Shown piece by piece: positions 51,227 to 62,689 of a DNA stretch of 64,000 bases. Location: NCBI GenBank assembly GCA_030704615.1, contig CM060733.1, positions 26,970,001 to 27,034,000 of the forward strand. Reading direction: 5' to 3'. The position numbers and the translations under genes were made by a program. Under the pieces are notes generated by a model, which made no database searches, had not been told where the DNA came from, and worked only from the letters and a program-made list of their open reading frames with translations. Each line of letters begins with the position of its first letter. Position 1 is the stretch's first letter. The stretch is from Takakia lepidozioides (taxonomy: Eukaryota > Plantae > Bryophyta).

Positions 51227-53874
51227 TTCCAGAGTGTTTTGCATCTAAAAACTATCTCATCGCAAGTCCACCTCACATTTCCAAGTTTGTCATAGTGAGG
51301 ATTGAAAGATTGAAAAGGACAGTCTCATTATCAACTAGACGGAGACAACACATGTAGATAACCTCAAACCGGGTACGAGTCATTGCATGTAACCCATTAA
51401 ATAGAATATCGATAACACGTAATAACGTGAGCAGGTGAGATTCCTGATAAGTACTGGACAAACGAAAAACACCTTGAATAACTGCCAATAGCATTGGGTG
51501 TTTGGTAGGAACTTGATGCCCATAAACAAACACTGCACCCCTAGCCAAGCTTTCAGTGAAGGTACTATGAGTGTCTTCCACAATCCCCCCCCTGTAGTCC
51601 TTGACCATACACACTCTCTCACATACAAGTTAGTTTCTCTGCATATAACTTGTTGCAGCACATGAGGCCTCCACAAACAAAGGCCTCCACAACAAGTGAA
51701 AAAACGATATGACAATGGCCCCTCTCATGTCTGGCAAAGGTTGCCCGGACTCCGAGTCCCCCAAATGCAAGTCTATCACTGCAAAAAAAATATCTTTGCA
51801 CTCCCAATCTTTGGGAGCTAAATTGGCATTGTCATCCACGATGGGTTCCAACATCCCGGTGTCTTCTCAATCTTTATCATTGGCCGAGTCCCCCTGGTAA
51901 TCAGGAAGCACTTCATCATCATCATGCTCACAAGTGCCTAAGGCTAAGCCCTAAGTAATTCTCTTACTCATAACAAAATGATTGGAATCCAACTCCACTA
52001 CAAGTGACCGGACATGTATACGCTTTGGAATAGGGCCATAGACGGCCGCTTGCGCATTATTGTACCCGTCCAAAGACACATCCCTTGTAGCACACGTTTT
52101 AGACTATCTCCTCACATGCACCTTCTGAGGAGATGAATTCATACTCACAGATCAAAACCGCTTGGCATGAGCCACTGCCTTGTAATTCCTGACTATCAGC
52201 ATTTGACTAAACCAATTCCCTCAAAAACCAAATTGATAAATTCAGAAAATCCACTTGGATCTCTCTCCTCACATCTCTTCTTCCAAACCCAACAAAAGCC
52301 TTATTCGTCTTCTAAATAGTGAACGCCAATTATGCGCATTAGGATGCTTTGGCCACAACCTAAGTCACATTAATTACACTAAAGACAAAATGCTATTTAC
52401 AATAAAAAAGAGAGGCCAAATGTGGACACACCAAATGCAATACTAAAAACATGCTCACACTACAATCACAAAAGCAAGACAAGGAAAGAAAGTGAAGACC
52501 TCTAGGGTGCTTGCGGCTGCCCTGCACAAACAACTGGCGGTAGAATACCAACAATTCCTAAAGCGCACAAAATAAGCACATTTCAAATGTGCTCATAGGA
52601 CATACATCGCATAAGTTGCCCACAAATGTAATATGAAAACACATAACGAGCGCGCATAACAAGCATAACTTCAGAGCTACATGTTCACTGTAAAATAGAT
52701 AACGTGCGAAAGGCTGTTGGGTAATGCTCCAGCCGCCACTTTAAAAATGGAGCGGGAGGTGGATATAATTCCACACGGGCAAATAGGCAGACAAACATGG
52801 CCCCCACAGTGGCAGGGAGCCATTTGTGGCCCCATCTCACATGCCATATTACCATTGTCAACCTTGTTGGATGCGCCAATGCCATCAATTCTAGGTCCCA
52901 CGTGGCAATTTTTTTTGTATGCAATGCCGTTTTCACGAGTTCTTTGCAAAACTAACTCCCATATGTGCAGCTCAATGTGCGGTACATTTTCGTTTAGGAA
53001 CCATTTCCATCCGACGTCATCCACAAAAACGTGATCATGGATGAAATTTGTTGCGACCTTAATTAGGTCACTTGGTCGTTTAAGGGTACGGAGTGGTTTC
53101 TATTTGAGAGAGAAGCAGGTTCTTCAGCCAGACAATTTCTAATTGTGTAGTGAAGTTAGGATAGTTGGATAGAGTGGTGCATATAATGATTTTCATGTGG
53201 CGGAATACCAAAAGTGTGCGGGCCATCAAGGAGTGAAGGCATGCATGTAGATGTACAGGGCCAAAAGGGAATGTAGTCCATTATATGTTGAGCCCTTCAT
53301 GCATACGGCAAGGATGACGATATAAGAACTATCTAGGGGAATCATGATGTGTAGCGGCGTAGGTTGGGGGCTGCGGTTAGTGCAGGACATGTCCGTGGAT
53401 TGCTAGTGGCAGAAAGAAGTGACAAACAACTAAATCATACCGACAAAGAAGGAATCCAACTTACTTCCTCACAAGGCGAGGTCGCGTTAATTCTAAGTCG
53501 TACAATTTCTTTTTGTGTTATAAAATTTAATAGTCTTCTAAGTCTTCTAAGTTATAGGTTTTATTGGCTAAGTCCTACGTGCTTGAACCCCTAAAGTGCT
53601 TATAGTAGGGAATTTGTTCAAATCCCACCCCCCAAAGTGCCTAATTGGAATTAGGGAGGAAGGGTAGAAACTAGAAAACTCTTCCTAATGTCCCTTCGAC
53701 TTCTAGGGGCTTGAGTTTAAACTACCCCCAAAGAGGGGCCAAATCCCACCCTTAAACTCAATTTATGGGTTTAAGGGGATCGAGATAATTCAATATTCAA
53801 TGGTCTAATATCGCTGAATTAATTAATTCAGATAATCATAAATAAAGAATAAGAAATACCTATGAATAAGAAAT

Positions 53875-54035
53875 CTCTTGGAAATGTGCTTGCTTTGACA
53901 GTCTATCCACCACAACAAATATGCTATCATGTTTAAGCCATGTCTTAGGCAAAGCCACAACAAAATCCCTGCTTATGGATTCCCATTTACCATGAGGAAC
54001 TTCCAAAGGTTGCAATAAACCTAGAGATTTATTTT
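53875..54035 (-). mobile_element. Ty3/Gypsy integrase fragment
   Basis: GLLQPLEVPHGKWESISRDFVVALPKT...DSIFVVVDRLSKQAHF, the conserved Gypsy integrase N-core. Confidence 0.9.
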
Positions 54036-54240
54036 TTTCCAACTTTTGAGACGCTCCGAGGTATTTCCCTTAAAAAAGAAAAAAAGAAAAGAAAAGAAAA
54101 AGAAAAGTCAGTCCCAATGACGCATATGGATGAAGCATTCCATCTACACATGTTTTGAACTAATTCATTTGCCAGTACACACCAACCCAGAGTATTGTTC
54201 ACCCTCAGGCTCAAGCTCCCATGAAAGCAGTCTGTGCGGG

Positions 54241-54880
54241 CCGTGTTTGGCCGATTCTGCCCTGTAAGCGGCCTTTGGGCGAGCCCTATGGCCGCGCACA
54301 GGGCAGAGTCGGCCAATGCGGCCTGTTCACTGGCGTTAAAAGCAGGTGTGGCGGATTCTCGCCACTACGTGGCGCAATATGATTGAGGTTCGATTATCCC
54401 ATATCGATTGCCCAGATTCAGAGCCCCAGAGAGGATATAAAGAGGGCGAGCCTCATGATTAGCTGGGTGGGTTGATTGCTGATGACATGGGCCTCAGTGG
54501 CAGGTCTGCCGTCCTCGGTGCGTAATCGGCCATCCCTGCCAATTCTGCCCTGGGTGGCCGATTGGGCCTAAGAATTAGGCCGAAAAAGTGGCAGAATCTG
54601 CCACACCTGCTTTTAACGGTCTGCGAGAGGTGGGCGCGAGGAAAGAGGTAGAACGGGAGCGCGTTGGAATTTTCCATCAGCTGCCCCGTGTGATTCAAGT
54701 TAATACGTGGGGGTGGGCAGGGGTTATCTAGTTGGACAAATACTGGGGGGTAGTTAGCCACGATTAGCGCTGATTAAATTTAACAGTGGCTAAATTGCCT
54801 AGCGCGGCATCAAAATAAAGATAGCCGTGGCTAAACTCCACTTAGCCACGGTTAAATTGGCCAGTGCGGCCGGGGCCTTA
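54241..54880. mobile_element. GC-rich MITE-like region with nested inverted repeats
   Basis: Hairpin arms 54247-54265/54298-54316; 26-bp inverted repeat 54334-54359/54593-54618; repeated tagccacg/gtggcta motifs at 54750-54860. Confidence 0.55.
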
Positions 54881-55348
54881 GAGAAGTAAGTTATGAGGAA
54901 GTGGGAGCAGTCGCTCCCGGGTTTCTTTGAAAAGTAAATAATTCCCTTCAATAATTTCAATAAGGTACATCCAGGGCCAAGGCTGTCCCCTGTTTAACTT
55001 TAAAAAAAAAAAAAGGGAATCACTAATAAGTGAAACTGGTTTAGTAAACTGGTTAGTAAGCAGGATTAGATTAGACAGGGTGGTTACCGCGTTGAGCGAG
55101 GATGCAAGAAGGACGGCAGAGTCTGGGACGGACCCGGTGATGCGATCTGTGCGACGAGGGACAAGCGATGAGGACAATTGCAATGCGGGCTGTGCATTGG
55201 CAGTGCGTGGGCATGGACATCTCAAAGACTACAATGTTGTCTGCATTGTTACGAGAGGGAAAGTGGTAGAGTAAGAGGTGGTGCATGTAGACCATGGATA
55301 TTACTCAAGTCCAGGGGCTGGCAGGAGATCTGTTATTTTCATGCCGTC

Positions 55349-58300
55349 ATGGCGCGTGCAAGAACTCGAATGAGGCTCTTGAAATTCCCAGCAATTTCTA
55401 CTCTCTCTCGCTGGTGCGGCTCGTCACTGTTGGCACTTGCAGTGCTGTCGATAATTTCTGGACGAATTCTTGATATGGAACATTTCCGCGGCAATTCGAA
55501 TCTAATATCTCCCGTTCCAATTCTGCATCCTTTGACAGTGTCCGTTCCGGTGGTGAGCACCATGTCTCTGTTGATACATTTTTGTGCAATGCCACAGTAC
55601 TCGTGACTGCAAGAGCAATATAGAGATGTGGTTCTGTTCTGAGACCAGCTATGTAGTGGAAGCTGTACGGGCGTAACCCCCTTTTTCTTCGTTTGTGTCC
55701 TGTCCTGCATGCTTGCTGGATAACCGACAGTAAGATTCAGTTTTGAAACTTGTGACTGATCCTCCGTAGTACCAGTGTGATTGTTGCATGTCGTTACTGG
55801 TAGTGCATCGTTTGTGTTTGTCCATATACCCATATTTTTCACGAAAGAAGAGGCGTGGAGTACTTACGAGCTCGTCGGAGACTAGTTCGGAAATTGGACA
55901 TAATAGACAATGTGCAGAAGAGTAGTCATAGTGGAACTTCTTTAGCTGGACATTTCCGCTTGCGATAGATTGATTGTTGAGGTAAATATTTGTGTCAAAA
56001 TCTGGGAGGCCTACAATTGAGGCTGTAAAATGCCAGGCTTGTTCAGGACCTATGCACATCCTAAACCCTACTTAGTACCAGCAGACCTCTATCATGGATG
56101 GGAGTGCAGCACGGTGATGACTCCCACCCACTTCTCTCCAATTGTAGTTTCTACTGAGAGGTTCTTCCATGTAAGGAATTTTCCAGTGATCACCTGCATA
56201 AGCCTGATATTTAACCTACCCCTTCCCCCTGGTGGAAGCAATTGACTTTAATTAACCTGTGTTCTGAAATATTGGAGCTCCTCTTCGGTTTACTGGTTCT
56301 CCTACTGCATGGTGTGACTATTTGCATTGGGGCCTGTAGCAGAGGAGAGAGACTTTAAACGAGACAGGCAATGGTCTGCAAGATTTGCAAGATGTACCAG
56401 TAAGTCCTCTTGTCATAAACCCACTTTCTCTATCTGTGAAATCGCTTTCCAGATGCTATTATCTCGTGGGATTGTGCAATGTTATGCCATGTGCCTTGAT
56501 GTCTTTACTCGTGTTTGTATTGAAGTCCTGATGCCACAAAAGAGGGTTGAAGCTAAGCTTAGAGAAAGATGGCTGATGGGTTTGTGTGGATGGTGTGGGG
56601 CTTCTAGGGGCAAGGGGATGGATTATTGGCGCGTGTTTGGGACTCTGAATCTGCAGAATATTACTATGGATGTAGTGAACCCAGCACACACTTCCCAAGT
56701 AGGTGGCTCTCTCTCAAAATCTGTAATTAGCCTGTGCACAGGCAAGGCATTGAATATACCACTGGAGATTTGCAGTATCAGTATCATCAGATTGCTCGAG
56801 CTGCAGGAACAAGGATTCATTCATTTTTGTTCTCATTTTTTTTTGTCAACATAGATTATATGTTTCCTTGCTTCCTGGCACAGTTGGGACAACCTTGGAG
56901 CCCAATGGTTATTTGTTCATCGTCACAAGTGGCGGATTAAACCAGCAAAGAACAGGGGTAAGCTCCTTTCCCACCACTACACTTTTTGTTGGTATCCCTC
57001 CTGCTGTCATCCATTCCTTTCTCCCTCCTCTATGAGCTTTCCGCGGACGTTATAAAGCACCATTTCATTTCATTTCCCTCCCTCCAAGCATGACCATTCA
57101 GTACTTGTAACCTTCATTAGATACCTTAGGCAGCCCTCATTCCTAGTTTTATCTACTCTCCAGTCACAGTACCTTGACACTGTCGATGAGGCAATCGAGG
57201 GGTTGCTTTATTAAGGACTGGGAGTGTGGGGCAGAACCTCCTGCTTCCTTTTGTGTATCCACTTGGTCCCAGGTTCCATGATGTCCTTGGAGCATGGTAA
57301 TACCTATGTGCTTCCTCCAGCTGAATCTTTGGTTGAACCAGGAGGAGAGGGGTTTAACCCTCTTATTTTATTTAACTTTCTAGCTGGCATCCTTGATCAT
57401 CCATATCCGGGTTTTATCAGGCAGGTTCATCTTAACCTGTATTTGGGTGGGTCTGGACTGATTGGTGGCCGGGGCACTTGTAGATAACTGATGCTGTTGT
57501 TGTAGCACGGTTGCTAAATGCGACACTTCTGGTGCCTCAGCTGGACCATCGCTCTTATTGGAAAGATTCCAGGTGTCTTTCTCTCTTTGGTTGTGCTTTG
57601 GTGTGTTGTTCTACTGGGCCCTTTGGGTCTTCTGCTGACTTCATACATTTTGTTCTTTGCTTGTTGTTTCTCGCTCTCTCTCTCGTACATGAGGATGTTG
57701 AGAGGCATCTAGAGAGCTGCACGTGAAACGGAGGAAATAGCTCTCACAGAATCCCTGATTCTTCAAACAGGCCTCCTTTGTCTTCAGAGACAAGTGCCTC
57801 ATCATGCCTTTCTACCCTCTCTGCTAAGTTCCCTCGAGAGGTGGGAAACTTCTAAGTCAGTTTTCACACGATATGGGTTGAGACAGGCAGATGGAATCAT
57901 GAGGCTTGAACTTATCCAGTATGTAGAGGCTGTGCATCAGTTCTTTATCTCATGCTGTTGCTACTACAGGATCAGGGCAAGATACGTCTTTTTCTTTGTC
58001 CATTGCAGAAATGCTAGAGTGCCAGGGAGTGGGCAGTCAGTACACCTGCAGACAACATAGATATGAGCACCCTTAATTCAATTCGCTACCCTTGTTTCTA
58101 ACCCCTAAACCTCCTGTGAGGGTTAGAATTCCCCAGAGACTATGCTGATAATGGTACTTTGTAATGGAATTTCATGAGGAGTTTGTGTGCCACATATCTG
58201 AAGTGTCTCACATTGATTTCTGTGGGCTGGGAATGACAGCAATTTCAGTGATATCTTTGACGTGGACTGGTTCATATCTTCCGTAGCACCTGATGTAAAA

Positions 58301-61300
58301 GTGATAAAAGCTTTTCCTCCTGAGTCCAAGAAATTTTTAACGAAGCAGTTGTATACCTTGCGGGTCCCACGGAAGGCCTCGCCCCCGTATTACCTGACCC
58401 GGATCTTACCAATTCTGCAAAAAAGACATGTAGGGTTTCTTTGCCCTCTGTGGATTGCATCTCTATTCTGATTTGTGTACCAACCTCTGTTTTAGCTTAG
58501 CTTCGCGTATTTCCTTCCCTTTGTTGATATCTACATCATTGACCAATCCTAAGGCCCTCTCTGCTTTCTGCTACAAAAGTATGTTGCTTTCAAAATGTTC
58601 CAACTCTTGAATACTTTTAATTGGTACATGGCAGTCTCTCCGTCTCACCAAGTTCGACTACAGGCTGGCAAACAAGCTAGATAAGGACTTGCAAAGGCTT
58701 CGGTGTCGAACTAATTACAAGGTAGTGGAAGTACATTGTGGATTCAATCTCTTGGAATGAAAGTAATCTGAATGTTGTTATCTGAGCTTTTTTCTGGAGT
58801 AGTACATAAGATGTCTGGATCAATTATGGGCTAAACAGATTGCTGCTGTACTGTTCAACTCACTTAAGATCTCTTTCAGGCACTGCGTTTCACCAAACCA
58901 TTACAGGACATGGGGCAAGCTTTGGTGGACAGGATGAGGGCCAAACATGGTCGATACATAGCACTGCATCTTAGGTAGGGGTGTGTGTGTCTCTGATGTG
59001 GTTATTCACTTACTATTAAGGTAAGGTGAGGTGGTGCTTGTTCTTGGTCTCTACAGGCCATTCTAGGACTAATTTGGAAGTTTACACATGGAGTGAATGT
59101 TTCATGGAGATTTTAGACCTACGGACGCAAGCATTTAAACACATGTCTCCAATTTAGGTTGTTGAGCTCCAGACCGTCCAACAGTCAATCATGTGAACTG
59201 ATCTTGTAGAGTTCTTGCACAGAGCAGGTGATGGATGAACTTTTCATATGAAATTGGATAGTCAGAAGTTGCTAAGGTCATGGGAATTTCTGCTTCATTC
59301 AATTTGTGTAACAACAAGGCTTACAATGGCCCAACTCATGTTTGGCAGGTATGAATCTGATATGCTGGCATTCTCAGGCTGCTACTATGGTGGGGGTGAC
59401 AAGGAGATCAAGGAGTTGAGTGTTATCCGCAAGCGTTGGAAAACACTACACGTATGTGCCCCTATTTCGTTATCTTTTAGTTGTCGAGTTGTATGATTTA
59501 TGGTCCTATATTCAATTCTGATATGGCCGAAACTTTGTTTCTGCACATGTGCACCATGGAAGAGTTTCTCACATATCACATCACATATTTGATTACATTT
59601 ATTTCATCTGTGGTACTGAAAGCACGTGTCTAATGTAGAGGCCTGCCTTGTTGAGTTCATATCATGTCCTCTTGTGACAGGCTGCCATATTGTCTTCTTA
59701 AATATGTATAGGAATAGGTGAACCTGCCAAACCATTGCTTGATATTATCCTGCTTGTTTATTGGAACCAACTACACTCTCTTTTGTGTGTCAAACAGTAC
59801 CGGAACCCAGACAAGGAACGACGGAATGGAAAATGCCCTCTGACTCCACAAGAAGTTGGTCTCATGCTACGAGCGCTAGGGTATGGAAACGACTCATATT
59901 TGTATGTGGCATCTGGTGAGGTGTACAATGGCGAGGCTTCGCTGGCACCTTTGAAGGCTCTGTTCCCATATTTTTTCACAAAGGAGACATTGCTTGGAAA
60001 GAAGGATCTAAAGCCCTTTGCAAAGTTTTCGTCACGGATGGCAGCAATTGACTACATTGTTTGTTCACAAAGTGATGTGTTTGTGGCAAATAACAATGGG
60101 AATATGGCCCGCATTCTGGCAGGCGAGAGGTATGTTTACCAGCATCTCCATCTTGCATTCCAGCAGAGGCACTTCCCTACAGCATGTACATACCATTTTC
60201 ACATTTTGAAGTTGGAGAAACATGAAATGTTCATATTGATCATGTGATTATCATGATCATAATAATGATTATTATGATCATAGCTACTTAAACAGAACAC
60301 CAACAGGTACCACATGGTCATTCAAGATGTCGTGTTCAACTATCAACAAATTGCTACAGATATTGTCTTGCCTGTGCTATCTAATGGTCAATAATTTTAT
60401 GTTTGTGCCCAATAGATTACCAATACAAAGCACTTCCAATTAAAAAACCTTTCTTTTTGCGATGACGGTCTTTTTTATCCTCACAGGATACATCTATGAA
60501 CTGTATTTGAAAGAATTTGTCTCCAAGTCTGTAGGGCTCTATGTACATGCATGCATCCATGGATCTTAGCCAATGGGGCTGTGGTTGTGCCTGCAGGCGT
60601 TTCAATGGCCATAAGCGAACAATTCGTCCCAATGCAAAAAAGCTGGGGTCCTTATTTCCCGCCCGCCACACTATGCCTTGGGATGAATTTGCCAGTAAAT
60701 TGCGTAGTTTTCAGAAAGGTTTCATGGGGGACCCTATGGAGGTGGGTTTTATGTTCTCCACCAATTTCAGGAAGTTAGTTGCACTTGTTCAGAATCTCTA
60801 GCTGCATTGGGCAAGGAGCTGGTCCTTGTGCTTCTGTGTGAATATTTCTGGATCAACTGTAGATTGGATGTACAGAGTGCTTTTGGTCAACCCCTCCAGA
60901 GTGCTTTCTAGAGAGCTGCACTTATCTATGGAGGAATAGTGTAGCTATGTTTGGATGTTTGTGCTGTTTCTGAAGCAGTGTCTGCATCTCACTTGTAAGC
61001 TTGATATCATATTTCCTGCAGGTGCGGCCTGGTCATGGAGAGTTTCATGAGAATCCTGCTGCTTGTATTTGTGAGAAGCCAGAAGCAAAAGAAAGGCTGA
61101 AGGCTTTGTGGGAGCAGGAAATGAAATTGCTTACCGCCAATGAAAGTGAAATTGTGAAGGTGCAGCCACAAACTTTAGATTTGAAAATGAACCCAGTTGT
61201 ACCTGCTGATGATAGAACAGAAGAAGATGAGGACAGTGATGTGGAGCTTCCAACGGATTTGGAGGATGACCAGTTGATGTTGAATGAGGAGGACTTGCCA

Positions 61301-61318
61301 CCAGAGTTGGAGGAGTGA
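55349..61318 (+). CDS. O-fucosyltransferase family protein (DUF246/GT106). Exons 55349-55552, 56340-56399, 56608-56698, 56884-56957, 57484-57572, 58240-58429, 58635-58721, 58880-58974, 59349-59451, 59798-60129, 60597-60741, 61022-61318
   Basis: N-terminal TM segment, [122 protein letters not shown]. Confidence 0.94.
57028..57076 (+). mobile_element. Second 5'-truncated retroposon end with a (CATTT)n tail, in O-fucosyltransferase intron 4
   Basis: Identical core to 34865-34925; flanked on both sides by ctccctcc (candidate TSD). Confidence 0.7.
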
Positions 61319-62689
61319 GAGCCAGGCAAGGAACTAGAAAGTAATGCACGAAGCACTGAGGATGGTGATGGGGCTGATGACACCGAATATACTTATGAAT
61401 GAGATTATAGCCCATTGACTATGGGCTGCGCTGCGCATCTATTCATCAAAATAGATGCAGACACCCTCCGGTTCACTCAATGCTTGGAGGATTCTTTCTT
61501 TCTTCGGCATGACGGTTAGTTTGCCATCCTTGCTGCAGCTCATAGTACTAGACATCTGTTGGTGAACCAAGTGCTACCGTCACGAGCTCTTGGCTGTGCT
61601 CCTTATCCCAAGCATTTCGCTATCATCGAAACAAGGGTGATTGACTCTGCCAGTAAACTGATGCCTTGCAACATCACCTCGACGACAGGATACTCCTACG
61701 AAGGAAAGATGGGCTTGGACCTAGGAGTTGGTCGTGACTACTGGAACCCACAGAGATGGGTACTGTTATCTCCCTATCAAATCTTAGGTCGCAGCACGCT
61801 TCAAGTGTCTGATGGCACCGACGAAATGGCATTCTTGTCTCTACAGTGTGCTCCATGACAGGCCGCTGCGCTCGCCATCTGTCTCTCACCACCTTCTAGC
61901 TTCTTACCGCAGTTCTTTTCTGGCTCAAGTTTTCACAGGGTAGCTGTACTTATTAGCAGCACCATTTTTCTCCAACAATTCAAGTGACTCTCTGTAAACC
62001 AGCTCCTTTCGAGGCGCACACACAAGCTGTGACATGAACCAGCTCCAAACTGAGCAATTCAGCTCAATTCAATTAATCAACCACCTTCTTTGAATCAAAA
62101 GCAAATCTCATTCGAGGTTGAATAGATGCATTCAAATTCTCAACAAACAAGAGAGTTTGGTTGAGAGCATGTATCAGGATGTTTTCATTGCAAGCACAAG
62201 CCTCATGACCCCAGCTCATTTCCCAAGCCGGCTTGGTCTGGACCCAAGCCTGTTCTCCAAACCTGCCCACATAGTCGGGCACCTAACCTAATCGGTGGTT
62301 CGGTAGAGGAGCTCGCCCGATCTCTCTCTGTTTCTCATTCTCAGTCTCGCAGGTCTCGCAGATCCGGATCGGCAAGGGACTGCAGTGGATCATCACGTCA
62401 ACAGCGCTGATTAGTCTGCCTGCACACCATCCTCATGTCTTATCCTTTCTGCTCATCTCAGTCGCCTCACATCATAGTTGGCATTTCCTCTGTCATACTC
62501 GCTGGAGCGACGTGGTCTGATCGCAATTGAAGAAAATCTTGTAAGGTGGTTTTGTATTCCATACAGGATCCATTCTAATCTGTGTCGTCTAGTGGTCTCG
62601 GGGTTCCCAAGAGACATCCAGGGATTATTTTTAGGAAAACCCTAGTCACATTGGTTTGCGAGAGTTTTTTTTTTTTGAGAGAGAGGCGT

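Larger units (their letters stand above)
48350..53087 (-). mobile_element. Decayed DNA-transposon-like region with at least two dead coding regions; boundaries uncertain
   Basis: Repeated GGATGAAA/CATCC motifs at both flanks (about 48400, 48537, 49130, 49152, 53039); internal minus-strand frames interrupted by stops consistent with C-to-T decay. No clear TIR or TSD. Confidence 0.45.
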
